A stretch of DNA of 64,000 nucleotides, taken from NCBI GenBank assembly GCA_009859145.1, contig VRVR01000049.1:1-64000 (forward strand). The letters run 5' to 3'. Origin of the DNA: Andalucia godoyi And28. Its lineage: Eukaryota > Protista > Jakobida. Below are positions 10,325 through 21,323 of the stretch, one piece after another. The translations under genes were made by a program, and so were the position numbers. The notes under the pieces were generated by a model. The model saw nothing but the letters and a program-made list of their open reading frames with translations. It did not search any database and had not been told where the DNA came from. Numbering within the stretch: the stretch's first letter is position 1; every line of letters begins with the position of its first letter.

Positions 10325-11440
10325 TCAAGCAGCACCTTGAGGAGCAACCGCATTGCAGTGATTCAGAGAAAGAAGATCAAAATCCATGTGAAGTTTCACC
10401 TTTTCTCGATTACGCTCGAAAGTAATTTCATAAGACCCCTCCTCTGCAGCGACTCCTGCAGCACCAGAAGTTGCACAGTCATCGATGTCCAAACAGCCTT
10501 TTCCAAGATCAAACGTCACTACGCCATCCTTGTAGCCTGACGACGTAGGAAAGTTTCCGTCAACATTTGTCTCATACCAATGCCCCACTCTGTCGCCCGA
10601 GCCATCTTCAGAGGCCCACAAGTAGTAATAATGCTCCGATCGTTTTGACTCCAGCTCCCATTCGACAGGCTGTCCGATCAGTTCACGGAGCGTTGCTGCA
10701 AGTGCAGATGCAATGGGGGCCAGCGTAACAAGACCCGAAGCGGCCAAAGACAGTGAAGGATACATCACAGACGCGCCTCCGGTGACATTGCGAGTCGCAT
10801 TCAGGAGGGTGGAAACGAACTGCTTCTCGTCCACGGGATGATTCATTAATTCTTTCAGAACATTTCTAACGGACGGCTGCGGACAGAATATCTTTTGGAC
10901 TTTTTCCAAAACGTCTGAATTGTGGTCGACAATCCGCCAAAGGTAAGGAATAACGGTAAACTTGTAGATTGTTTCCCCCTCGCTGAGTTGAACTCCAAAA
11001 TTGGCTTTTGGAACGCAAAGGCACTCGCGATTGGTGTCTCCCGCCTTCCATCCACTGCCGCGGAACCATGCGCGGAACTCGGAAGACGCTATCCACTCAA
11101 TAACAGCTGGACCCTGCGGTGTTCCTTGAAAGGTCATCGGTTGCATTGCCACAACTGCACAGAACAAAAAGTCACGATGATTGGAAAGGAGCCTGTTGTA
11201 CGTGTGAAATTTTTCAAAGCCCAGGCGCACCACATGGGATCCAGATAGCGGGCTCCCTTGCTGCGGGTGAAGCACTGCTTCTATTGCATTTCGAACTTCC
11301 AAAGGTGTGAAGTTCTTGAAACGAAACAGCCCTAGCTTCTCAAAAAACTCGTGGAGCTCCGTTGGCAACGCTGCCTTATCTTGCAGCAAGCCGTCCAGAG
11401 ACTGAAGAAGTGCGACTATTGGTGGTGTTGGTGACGACAT
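10325..11440 (-). CDS. Hypothetical protein, 371 aa
   Basis: Long ATG-initiated ORF convergent with the GmrSD-like gene; aromatic/beta-rich C-terminal third; no family recognised. Confidence 0.7.
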   Translation of the reverse strand: MSSPTPPIVALLQSLDGLLQDKAALPTELHEFFEKLGLFRFKNFTPLEVRNAIEAVLHPQQGSPLSGSHVVRLGFEKFHTYNRLLSNHRDFLFCAVVAMQPMTFQGTPQGPAVIEWIASSEFRAWFRGSGWKAGDTNRECLCVPKANFGVQLSEGETIYKFTVIPYLWRIVDHNSDVLEKVQKIFCPQPSVRNVLKELMNHPVDEKQFVSTLLNATRNVTGGASVMYPSLSLAASGLVTLAPIASALAATLRELIGQPVEWELESKRSEHYYYLWASEDGSGDRVGHWYETNVDGNFPTSSGYKDGVVTFDLGKGCLDIDDCATSGAAGVAAEEGSYEITFERNREKVKLHMDFDLLSLNHCNAVAPQGAA

Positions 11441-12001
11441 TGAAATGTTGAGCAGTGCCCTTGAGACCCTTCGCCTTTAAAAAAAAAAAGAACGAGAAGA
11501 ACAAGAAGAAAAGAACAAGAAGAAAAGAAAGGAGCAAGGCTTCGAGAACCAGTATTTCAGGCCCGGGGCGCAGCGAAGCCGGTACTCATCGCTGGTCGCA
11601 CCTCCCCCAAGTTGCCTTTCCTTTGCTATTTTTGGCAAAAAAATATCTGGATTCCCAAAATTGCTCGATTCTGCTCCCACAAAGTGCAGCAGCAGAGCAG
11701 TTCACCCGATTCGGTCCCAAAGCACAAGCTGCGATCCTAGCGGATTAAGAAGAAATGAAGAACACGTTCCGTCGGCTCTGGTACTGGAGGTCTGGAGCTT
11801 GGTGACGGGTATACAAGCAAACCTAAAAATAATCATTGGGGGATCTGTCGGACGTGCAAACGAGTTGGAGTAGCATTCCGCTCCGTTAAATCAAGATATT
11901 TCTGTCACTGCTTATTTACAGGAAATTCCATAAATATGTGCAGCAAGTCTTTCCGACGTAACTCGTTTTTTGTACATTTCATTTCGACAAACACACGGAA
12001 G

Positions 12002-12727
12002 ATGGCGTCAAATTATCCACTATCTATGGTGCAGTCTTCTTCGAAGCCAAAAGGAGATGTTGAAGCGCAGTCGCAGATCTTTGACGATGGTAAAAGGGCG
12101 ATCCGCAACATGAACTTGGCAGACTGGTACTCCATCAACGGCAGTTTCAACGCCTTGTTTGTTGGCATCTACTTGGGCTTTCTGCTTCAGTATTCTAATT
12201 ACTTCCTCGTTGAAAAAGATGGGGCTCACGACTTTCAGACCATTCAACGGTACATTTGGGTTTGTTTGATCTCCTCTGTCATTTTTTTCGTTGCTCTGTC
12301 GCTGTCTGAAATTCTGTTCGCAGCGACGCATACGGATTGGCTTCGTATTGGGTTTCTGATCGTCCTCGATGTTTGGGTTGCGGTTGTTCTTGGCTTTTTG
12401 GCAGAAATCGTTTTCCGGCTGCATGACGAAGACACCAATTACACAGAACCAGTATTTGCAGTCTTAGCCTTCGTTGGCTACCCTATCAGAATCATTGTGG
12501 GTGTGACTGCCATCATTTTCAAAATAGTCAAGAAAATTCATACCCAGGAAGAATTCGATTGTTGGCACTTGTGTCCTTTTCTACTTTTGTTTCTTTCTGG
12601 AATCATTGCGATCGCATTCTCTCGCAGTCTGGACAGGTGTGAACTGGAGATACATTCGGAATGCACCAAGCACTTCGCCGACTTCACCATTCCGGCTCCG
12701 ACGGATATCGTTCTATGCTGCGGCTGA
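12002..12727 (+). CDS. Hypothetical multi-pass membrane protein (about 5 TM)
   Basis: ATG at 12002 (MASNYPL...); several 20-aa hydrophobic stretches; Cys-rich C-terminus. Confidence 0.7.
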   Translation: MASNYPLSMVQSSSKPKGDVEAQSQIFDDGKRAIRNMNLADWYSINGSFNALFVGIYLGFLLQYSNYFLVEKDGAHDFQTIQRYIWVCLISSVIFFVALSLSEILFAATHTDWLRIGFLIVLDVWVAVVLGFLAEIVFRLHDEDTNYTEPVFAVLAFVGYPIRIIVGVTAIIFKIVKKIHTQEEFDCWHLCPFLLLFLSGIIAIAFSRSLDRCELEIHSECTKHFADFTIPAPTDIVLCCG

Positions 12728-13458
12728 GGTATCATTTGAAATGACGGCAGCGAACTGTCTCCATTGATCTCTATATATTGAAAGTCTTGTTTGTGAAAGA
12801 CGTTTTGGACTTTTGGGATTGATGAGCGAATGTTGTTCGGAAGAAAATATCCACCAGATCCGATTCTGTTGACTTATCGCTTGCATGCAGTCCACGATGT
12901 ACCGGCATTGATCAGTTCTTCATGTGTCATTCCTTTCGATGGTTCCCGGCGGTTGGAATGACACCAAGGAGCCGCGCTGCATGGATGCAAGCCTTGAATG
13001 GATTTCGAGGCACTGCTTCGGAAACCTCCTTTCGCAAGAGGCTTCTGAACGGACCACGCATACCGACTAGCTATTGCGCACTGTCCAATAGCTTGAGTCG
13101 CGCTGTGCAAGGCCGAAAAAAGCAAGGACTGAAGTTGCTGTGAACTGCCAGAGAAGGCTGAGAAGCCTAGGAAAACTCGTGACCGCCAGACCGGTTGCAA
13201 GCACAGCACCTCCACAAACAGCATTCGAGAACGTGCGTAGCCCATTCCCAAGATGTCTCGGAATGGTTCGTGGAGCGTTCTCAAAAAAGGGCTCCCAGTG
13301 CGGTCTCAAAAATGTCTCAGAAATGTCTCATTACAAGTTTACAATCCATGAATGTTGCGTCTCGGTTTTGTAGCACAAGTGCAGGTTTGCATTCGATTCA
13401 AAACGAAAAGGTGCGCGCCGCTGTTCTCAAGAAGCGGACGGAGTTCACAGACGACAGC

Positions 13459-13821
13459 CTATCCGATCCGCTTGCAGCTTCCGGCGTAGCACGATCCGCA
13501 AGGCTGTCCGTCCTTGTTGACGATCGTCCACGCAGTGATGCTCTCGAGATCCGTGCAGAAGCTGTCGATAATCGGCTGTTGGATGGAGACCTCCAGGAAG
13601 GCGCCGTAATTGCCCTCGTTCACAGTGGCGCCTACAACAAACGTCGCGTTGGTCACCTCGAATGTGCCCGTGTCTGCGGCAACAGTCTCGTTGTATGTTC
13701 GCACGTTCTCGACGGCTGCATTCAGCACCTGCTCTGTCCTGGTGGCATTCTGCTGCAAATCGGGAAGGCCTTGTTCGAGTCCATCACAAGCAATTCTTGT
13801 CGTGTCCATCTGTTTCTGCAT
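13459..13821 (-). CDS. Small hypothetical protein or remnant with C-terminal CxxCxxxxC
   Basis: 120-aa ATG ORF with several N-x-S/T sequons but no signal peptide; possibly a truncated secreted protein. Confidence 0.4.
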   Translation of the reverse strand: MQKQMDTTRIACDGLEQGLPDLQQNATRTEQVLNAAVENVRTYNETVAADTGTFEVTNATFVVGATVNEGNYGAFLEVSIQQPIIDSFCTDLESITAWTIVNKDGQPCGSCYAGSCKRIG

Positions 13822-13993
13822 GATTAAAATTGCATCGTTGTTGTTTGACCGATACTTGTGAGATTAAACGCAGAAATAGAGCAAGATGCTTTGGCACGGC
13901 TTTCGGGTCTCTCGCTGCTTCGGGAAATTCCCTAACGGGGAGAGCGACTGGACAAGGCAGCGGGACTGTCCTCTTCAGTCCGCACACAGACGA

Positions 13994-14560
13994 TCAGGTG
14001 ATTTCGAATCCCACAGCGTCTGCGAAATTCGCGCAGATGTGCGCCAGACTGCGGCATTCTGTCAATGCCGAGCATGGACACATTCTGTATATGTTGTCGA
14101 TCATGGCACGTCTTGAATCAATATTCGTGGCTGTAGAACAAACCATCGCGTCATACACGGCCTGGATGGCTGCTTTCTCTGTTAGACAGTTCCCGATGGC
14201 TCCCTGACGCTGGCTGACAGCGTTTTTCGCATTGATGGCGTCCGTGTTCGCGGCTTCCATGTGAACCACCCCTTGTGCGAGCGTAGTGACAGAGACGGAG
14301 AGCCTAGCCTCCGCTTCTACAAAACGCTGTCCGTCAGCGACAGCGCGCTGGCTAGAGAAAAGGTATGCCTCTTGCGTGACGGCAGCTCGATCATCCACAT
14401 CTTCATGAAGACCAGCTGCGACCAACCGGTTCTTTTCGAATCCACGCTTGCTCTCAATGACGTCCACCAGAGTGGTATCTACTGTCAGCGGATCTGCAGC
14501 GAGAACGCAGCTCATGCTGCATACGATGAGGATCGCTTTGAACAACATGACTGCGAGCAT
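13994..14560 (-). CDS. Predicted secreted helical protein, 188 aa
   Basis: Signal peptide MLAVMLFKAILIVCSMSCVLA-AD; Ala-rich coiled-coil-like middle; Cys-rich C-terminus. Confidence 0.7.
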   Translation of the reverse strand: MLAVMLFKAILIVCSMSCVLAADPLTVDTTLVDVIESKRGFEKNRLVAAGLHEDVDDRAAVTQEAYLFSSQRAVADGQRFVEAEARLSVSVTTLAQGVVHMEAANTDAINAKNAVSQRQGAIGNCLTEKAAIQAVYDAMVCSTATNIDSRRAMIDNIYRMCPCSALTECRSLAHICANFADAVGFEIT

Positions 14561-14632
14561 TTTTTCCTTTTTTCTTTCTGGGTTTTCAGGATTCTCGAAT
14601 CACGCTGACCAACTATCTGTTCCACGAAATTC

Positions 14633-16592
14633 ATGGCAACAATTCAAAGGTTTTGAAGGCTCACGAAGAAGCCATTCGGAATGCGATTGTGGCCGCGAAT
14701 CGTGCTGGCAGGCGACTCTGCCCTGCCAAGACAAATGCGCAATTTCTAAATGAGTTTCTTCAGAGAATTCGAAGCGGAACGGTTTTTTTCCCCTCTGCCT
14801 TTTCGTCCGACGTGAATGGAAACTCCCTCCTCTACACTCTCATTGAAGCCAAGTGTCCAGACCTAGGGCTCATGATGAACGATAAGTATGGACTGTCTCC
14901 TCGCTTCAAAAACATGAGGCTGCCTCGCCGGGATGCATTCGATGTCGCTCGCGGATTACCATCGACAGAAGCTAACGCAGCCACAGTAGCACTGAATAAA
15001 ATGAACAACAATCGGAAAGAATGTGCACTGCGTTCATCCATTCCACTTCTAGCTCAAACACGAGGCAATGAGCATCTTGCAAAGGATCGTGTTCAATTTG
15101 GATGCTGCCGCCGATCAGGCACCGGTTTGTGAATGCAGCTATGAGACGGTGTTTCTCCAGGAGTTTGAATGCGACAATGCAAATTTCGTGGAGTTTGTCT
15201 TGGCAGAGTCCGCGTCTGTCGTTCAGGCCACGCTGGCTGCCGTGGAGCGTCTGAAGACGAGGCTGGGTCCCGAGTATGTGTCGGCAACATTGCTGTTGAG
15301 CATTGGAAGGACGGTGGCTGGCGATCTGGGAGCAAAACGCGGCTGCCGGGGTGCACCGCAATGCGTTCAATGCAGTGTCGAACAAGCTGTCCGAGCACGA
15401 GCTGCCGCAACAGATGAGCTCCACAGTGAATCTAGCCGAGTCGTTGGTGTTCAAGCTTGTTTCAGAACTCCCTGCACTCGTCACGCACAGAAACGGCCTC
15501 GTCTCTCCATCCCACGACAAGCCAGCATTCGACGCCGCGGCTGCGGCAGCTGCATCGGAAGTCGTCACACACGCGATGTCGAGGACGCTGCAGCAGCTGC
15601 ACAAGACACTCGATCCGTACGTTGAGCGCCAGGCCGCATCTGTGCAAGCGGAATCGCTGGGCGACGCGCTGGCTGTGGTGCAGTTGCGATGCGACGAGCT
15701 CGAAAAAACCGTCAGCGATCTTCGAGCAGCCGTTTCGGACAATGTTGCCCAGCTGAAAGCGGTTCTCGGGTCTGCTGGGTCTGTTGTGGAGCGCAAGGGT
15801 CGTTTTGCCGCCTGGCTCACAAATGCCACTGACGAATCCATTCCGATCGGCCTCGACATGTCGAACATCATGAGCACCATGCTCGACTCTTCCTCGAACT
15901 GCATCGCACCGAGCATGACGATGGAGCGATGCAACGGCCAGTCCTTGCTGCGCCATGCGCTTGAGAATGGACACGCGAAAAGGGTCTTGTGCCTGCTGCA
16001 ACACGGAGCGGACTGCCTCGCGTCGGAAGCGGATGGCCGCACATGCTTTGAGGTTGGGATCGAGATGTTGCGATTACCAGCGACCGAGTTGCCCGAAAAC
16101 TCAAGCATGTGCGCTGCAGTGGCATCAATGGCGGGGTCGTTGCCGAGACTGCGCACGGGACCCTGTGCATGGCTGCAGGACGGGATGCGCAGAATCTCTC
16201 CGGATAACAATCTTGGAATGCTGCTGCTCGACCTCGTTCGAAGGCTGTATGCGTTAGACAAAACGTTAAAGTCCTTTGAAGAGTTTTATAGCGTTGTCAA
16301 GAACTCGCTTGGGTCGTGCCTCACGAACAAGGGTCTCCGCAGCTCGTTTTACGTATCCATGCAGCCAGCAATGCAGAAGCTTGGCCAAGTCAAGAATCGC
16401 ATTTGCCCGTCGAAGAGATCTGATGCAGAAGGACATGGGGACCGGGAACTCGGCGTAGTGACTGCGCAGCACGACGACGTTCCTTCGACTCCAGAGGAGG
16501 ACATTGAGGACAGCGTTCCGGACAGTCCACTGCAGTACGCATCGAATACGAGTCCAAACTCGGCAGTGCCCAACACGTTCTCCTCTCCCTGA
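14633..16592 (+). pseudogene. Ankyrin-repeat/coiled-coil gene interrupted by about 3 frameshifts (or tiny introns/assembly errors)
   Basis: Protein-like text switches frame across ATG 14633, ORF 14653-15132 (DVNGNSLLYTLI, ankyrin-like), ORF 15068-15625 and ORF 15303-16592 (NGQSLLRHALENGHAKRVLCLLQHGADCLASEADGRT, clear ankyrin repeat). Confidence 0.6.
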
Positions 16593-17323
16593 TCCACGAC
16601 AGTGCGAGTTCGTCGATGTGTAGCCATGTTGTTTCTGTGGAAACTGCTTCTCTTTCAGCCGTTCGTGCGTGTTTCGTAAACGACCATGCTGTTTTTCCCT
16701 CGGTACGTGCACACAACCCAGGATTGGCGCGGGATAATGCCCTTTGATTTTTATTGCTCTCCTGCACTCAGGATCGCTGCCACGCACCGTTGCGTCGTTT
16801 TATGCATTTGATAAATGCGGAATGCGGCCATTTTCTGGCATTGGCAGGTGACGAATGCTTGTCCCGTTCCCCCAGTAGAGAACATCAAAGTGTTTTTTGT
16901 TTTCGTGCGATTTTTAGATTGCTTCATCATATTGCAATAAGTGGCAGCGGTTCCCTCCGACTTGGAGTCCATCGCCGTCACTGCGCTTGAAAAAGGATAC
17001 ACCAAGTAAAAATAAGGTCTTCAATATGACAAGGAACAAGACACCTTCGCGGCAGCATGCAAACTCAGTCGGCACAGGATCACTGACGTATGCCCACATG
17101 CATGAACCAACTATGTAGATGTTTTTCAGTGACATAGCTCCTGCGAATATCAGTCGTCTTGGAGGATGGGGGCAAACCCCAGCAAATTCACAAGTAAAAC
17201 GCGAAATCGTGGGAAAAGAGGGAGATTTCGTTTTTATGTAGTGCTAACCGAACCCAAAACCAACCCCTCTACATCAGGGTTTCAACCATTTTGTCAAGAC
17301 GATGACGAATACGAGATAAAACG

Positions 17324-19513
17324 CTATGAGAACAGTTCAAAGGTTTCCAATGGTCGGAATTCAACGACCGCTACTGACAGTGTAGCCGATCCGCGCAGCA
17401 CGACCAGTGAGAGCGGCGTCGTCTGATCGCTTCCGTCGTTGATCCAAGCATAACTGGTCACTAACGCATGGACCGGGCTGGAGCTAAACGAACCGCGTAC
17501 CTGGCCGCCGAACGTATACTCGAGAGACAGGGTGGACGTGGACGTGACAATGTACTTTTCGCGCGCGTCGGTCAACAGAATCTTTCCGTACGCAAACAAA
17601 TATCCGGTATTCCCAAGCCAGGTCATGGAACGCAAATCAAAGCACTCGTAGGAACCAGATCCGCCAGGATCCGTATTGAACTGGTACATGGTATCATTGA
17701 CGGTCAACACACCAGAGCCGATCGTCCCAGGGTCTGCAATCCAAGGCATCGCAATGGAAACCGCGTCGACAGTCATGGGACCCCCCGACTGGGCAGCGGG
17801 AATGGAAATCTTCAGCAGCCGATGCGCGGTCTGATCGTAGTAGGCTGCCACGGAACCATTGGCCGAGATTGCGAGTCCTGAAATCGCTGCACGCCCGGTC
17901 GACACAGGATTTGGAAGGCAGCCGGCACTCGTAATGGCTGACGGCCCAAGGAGCACACGGCAGAGCGTTGCTGGATTTCCTCCGTACACAAGGGCCTGCG
18001 TGCCTTTCTTGTCAAATACGACATCCACCGGGTACAGCGAATGGGTGAGATTTGCCACAAGTTGCACATTTCGCCCTCCACTTTCGTACTGAAACGACAA
18101 CAGATGAAATCCCGTCGTATTCACGATTCCCAAGTATAGCATCGAATCTCTCGCGTTCACCGTCATCCAGCACATTGAAATCTGCGAAACCACGGATGCA
18201 GCATCAAGGATGGTGATGCCCGACAACTGCTTCTGCTCCATGTCGACAGACCCAATCACCGACTTTGAAAGAGACTGCATGCTTGCGGTTGCTTGGTACA
18301 ATGCAAAGAAAAAGTACGCTTGGTTCACAGCGTCGTAGGCATTGCAAAGCGCGGACCCGTAAGGATTCACACTGAGTCCGTCTGAGAATGCTCTCGCGAA
18401 CGTCATCTGAGAAGGCTCGAATGCGGGAACCGGAAGGTTCCAGAATGACGACAGGAAGCTGTCTTGTGGTACCGGAGCAATTCCAAAAAGAGAGTGTCCG
18501 TCCGACACAAAAAATCCCAAGGGCGAAAAGATTCGCAAACTGGGATATGCGTACGATTTCGAAATCGTCATCGGCTTCGAATCTTCCTGCGGTACAAGAA
18601 TCTGCAGCAGCGCGCTGCGATCCGATCCATAAACATAACCGCCGACGCCAACCATCGACTCGAGCCAACTTCCCGGCAAGTTGATACTGTCCACAATTGT
18701 CAAGTTTGACGTGCGGATTCTGGAGACTGTCTGCGGTCGACCCGCAATTGCGACCTGTGAGCTAACCAGCGCATACGTATCGGTCGAGTCCACACACACG
18801 CTCATGATGAGGCCCGGGACAGGAACTACCTTGGTGATGTTGAAAAACTTGTTGTTCACGACCAGCAATCCAGCGCCTGTTCCCAGAAAACTCTGAGAAC
18901 CGTCAGACGAGATCGCGGCTCCTCCGGGAAAGATGAAACCGGGATCAAAGTACACGAGATTGTACTGGTCTTCCGTAAACGTAAGCAGATCCACCCGGAC
19001 ATATTGGCTGTAGCCAGTCACATACAGCCATCGGCCATTCGGATCCATCAGCAGACCCAGAGGGTATCCCGACACCACGCGCAGTTGGAGCACCTGGTCA
19101 GGAATAGGCACATCCAGTCCCTGATTGACTGGGATGCGGACCACGCACTGGCCGTAATCGCACTTTGCAAGCACATACAGAGTTGTCGCATCCGTCGTGG
19201 AGTCCACCGTCGCTGCAACCGGCAACGTTACGTTGGAATTCGGCACTCCGTCGAGCTTAACCAGACCCACCCGGGAATTCGACTGCGTGTCGAAGACCAC
19301 CAGCCGACCAGGCTGCGAATCTTTCATCGGGAAGTACGCTCGGTGATGCGCAATGTCCATTGCAGACGGCAGTCCCCCGACATCCGATGCCGGGAGGTCA
19401 ATGTACTCATGCACAACAAACGCATCTCTCGCCAGCACCGCACGACAGTTCGTGCTTGCGAGCACAAATAGCAGAATTACAACAGCATCTATCCACAGAC
19501 CCTGTCGACCCAT
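17324..19513 (-). CDS. Secreted beta-propeller-like repeat protein, about 729 aa
   Basis: Signal peptide (WIDAVVILLFVLASTNCRA); repeated beta-strand blades such as AYFPMKDSQPGRLVVFDT and GRWLYVTG..YVRVDL; many N-glycosylation sequons. Confidence 0.8.
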   Translation of the reverse strand: MGRQGLWIDAVVILLFVLASTNCRAVLARDAFVVHEYIDLPASDVGGLPSAMDIAHHRAYFPMKDSQPGRLVVFDTQSNSRVGLVKLDGVPNSNVTLPVAATVDSTTDATTLYVLAKCDYGQCVVRIPVNQGLDVPIPDQVLQLRVVSGYPLGLLMDPNGRWLYVTGYSQYVRVDLLTFTEDQYNLVYFDPGFIFPGGAAISSDGSQSFLGTGAGLLVVNNKFFNITKVVPVPGLIMSVCVDSTDTYALVSSQVAIAGRPQTVSRIRTSNLTIVDSINLPGSWLESMVGVGGYVYGSDRSALLQILVPQEDSKPMTISKSYAYPSLRIFSPLGFFVSDGHSLFGIAPVPQDSFLSSFWNLPVPAFEPSQMTFARAFSDGLSVNPYGSALCNAYDAVNQAYFFFALYQATASMQSLSKSVIGSVDMEQKQLSGITILDAASVVSQISMCWMTVNARDSMLYLGIVNTTGFHLLSFQYESGGRNVQLVANLTHSLYPVDVVFDKKGTQALVYGGNPATLCRVLLGPSAITSAGCLPNPVSTGRAAISGLAISANGSVAAYYDQTAHRLLKISIPAAQSGGPMTVDAVSIAMPWIADPGTIGSGVLTVNDTMYQFNTDPGGSGSYECFDLRSMTWLGNTGYLFAYGKILLTDAREKYIVTSTSTLSLEYTFGGQVRGSFSSSPVHALVTSYAWINDGSDQTTPLSLVVLRGSATLSVAVVEFRPLETFELFS

Positions 19514-20149
19514 TCGCAAAACCTTGTTGGCGACAGAATGAGTGCAAGCGTGCGTGTGACCGCGTGTGACTGACTGTGCGCGCGTTTCTTGGCTTGAAAG
19601 ACGAAAAGGCTATTCGCAGTTCGCAATTCGTTGTTCTTTGGTCGACTTTCCCGTTTTTGGAAAAGGCTCCGAGGGTTTTTTTTTGTTACGACCCAAGTCG
19701 ATTTTAGGCGAACTCGAGTTCGCATGGCCTTAAATTTATCTTTTTTACAGCTGTCTGGCGTTGAAGTGCACTCAAAACGCTCCTTGAAAAACACATCATG
19801 TGGCCCGGTTGCTCGAGAGCGATGACGGGAGCTGGTGCGTTTTCTGCGGGAGCGGAGCGCCGGCGATATGTTCTGTTCAGCGATTTCTTTATTTCTGGAT
19901 ATGTCAAGTCGTTTTCTGACATCACATGATCCATGCTGGTGAGAGGGCGCTGAGGGTGCTGAGAACGAAAAGGAAATTGCACACGAAGAAAATGCCATTT
20001 TTTTAAATTTAAATTTTATAAAGGCTGTTTTTCACATTATTCAGTTGCAGTGTCCATGACGAGAGAAGATCAGGTGGGGTTGGGTGTTCCACAAACTGCT
20101 GGCTATCTCCCCAAGGCACTGTCCGTTCGTTCGTGCGTCTCCCATGGGG

Positions 20150-21043
20150 CTAGGAATCGCAGGGGGCGTTGTACACTCCGAGATAGGTCATATGGTCGTT
20201 TGGAATCCAGTCTTGCATCCGAACCGAGTCTGCGCACGTCGGATCTTCTCCATCGGTCCCGCTGCAAGCACGGTACTGAAGCGCAGCAGTCTGATTGAAG
20301 AACCATATTTCCTGCGTGATGTGATGAAATCCGGCATCGGGTGGCGGCAAATGCGGCACAATGTCGTAATGGTGTACATGCCTCCAGGAAAGGCCGAGCA
20401 CGGTCGCATCAAACGAGTCCGAAAACTCCTTGTTTCCAACACGAGGACTTCCAAAGGTCGCTGCGCCCGATTGTACGGTGCTGTTGAACGTACGTGCCAG
20501 TTCGTATGCCATCAACGTGGACAGCGCAGCACCGAGGCTGTGTCCCGTGCAAGTAATCTTCCGAGTCGCATACTTCTCAAACAAGCCGTCGAGCTGAGCA
20601 TCAATCTGCTTGCGAACGGACCGCAGGCCGTCCCAAAACCCTGCATGAACCTTGATGTCGCGCCGATCCTCATACGGAGAAATCATCAAAAAGTCCAGAT
20701 CCACAATCCAATTCGGAATGTTTTGCGAACCACGAAACGAAACAATGATCTCATCTTCATTCTTATCATACGCAGTGTATCCGTACACTTGCGTCACATC
20801 GCTCGTAAACACCTGCACGTCCTGCACATTCGTGTTGTGGACGCACCACATGCATTTCCACGCCTCGAGAGACTGCGGAGGACAGAATGCCCCAAAAGCA
20901 AAGTACAACAGTGAAAACGCCTTTGCAAGATCAAATACAATCATGGTTGCATCAACATGCGTCCGCGCAGATATACAGTAAGGAACCCAGGTGTGCCACA
21001 CCATCAGCAGAACGACCTGCACTTCCCAAGTTTTCCGTTTCAC
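20150..21043 (-). CDS. Secreted class 3 lipase (Lipase_3)
   Basis: IIVSFRGS..IPNWIVDL, VHAGF, ITCTGHSLGAALSTL (GxSxG nucleophile), TFGSPRVGN, HHYDIVPHLPP, DHMTYLG. Start is uncertain (GTG 21043 or ATG near 21004). Confidence 0.93.
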   Translation of the reverse strand: MKRKTWEVQVVLLMVWHTWVPYCISARTHVDATMIVFDLAKAFSLLYFAFGAFCPPQSLEAWKCMWCVHNTNVQDVQVFTSDVTQVYGYTAYDKNEDEIIVSFRGSQNIPNWIVDLDFLMISPYEDRRDIKVHAGFWDGLRSVRKQIDAQLDGLFEKYATRKITCTGHSLGAALSTLMAYELARTFNSTVQSGAATFGSPRVGNKEFSDSFDATVLGLSWRHVHHYDIVPHLPPPDAGFHHITQEIWFFNQTAALQYRACSGTDGEDPTCADSVRMQDWIPNDHMTYLGVYNAPCDS

Positions 21044-21173
21044 AGTTTTGCTGACATTTCGAGCGACCGGATGTCGACACTTGTCGCCTGGGCAAACCCC
21101 GCCAAGTGCAGGTCTTGCTTATTCGCGCCAAAAATAATAGTCTTACGTAAAATAATAAATGAACAAACAAACC

Positions 21174-21176
<3 letters not shown>

Positions 21177-21250
<74 letters not shown>
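21177..21250. repeat. (AG)37 microsatellite
   Basis: Perfect dinucleotide run between the divergent lipase and MMS22L-like genes. Confidence 0.97.
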
Positions 21251-21256
<6 letters not shown>

Positions 21257-21323
21257 GGTGAGAAAGGTTCGGTGAGATCGCGGGTCGGCATTCGCAAAAG
21301 AGACGTTTGGGGAGGGAAGGTGC

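Noticed and set aside
7331-11440. Complete prokaryotic defence operon or bacterial contaminant contig
   Set aside because: No methyltransferase, ssp/dnd or other bacterial genes, and no Shine-Dalgarno-linked operon. The gene lies between a telomere and eukaryotic genes and ends in a eukaryote-like tail; long-read confirmation is still advised.
14972-16261. 429-aa minus-strand ORF
   Set aside because: Antisense shadow of the ankyrin gene on the plus strand; no motif of its own.
20084-20914. 276-aa plus-strand ORF
   Set aside because: Antisense to the lipase gene.
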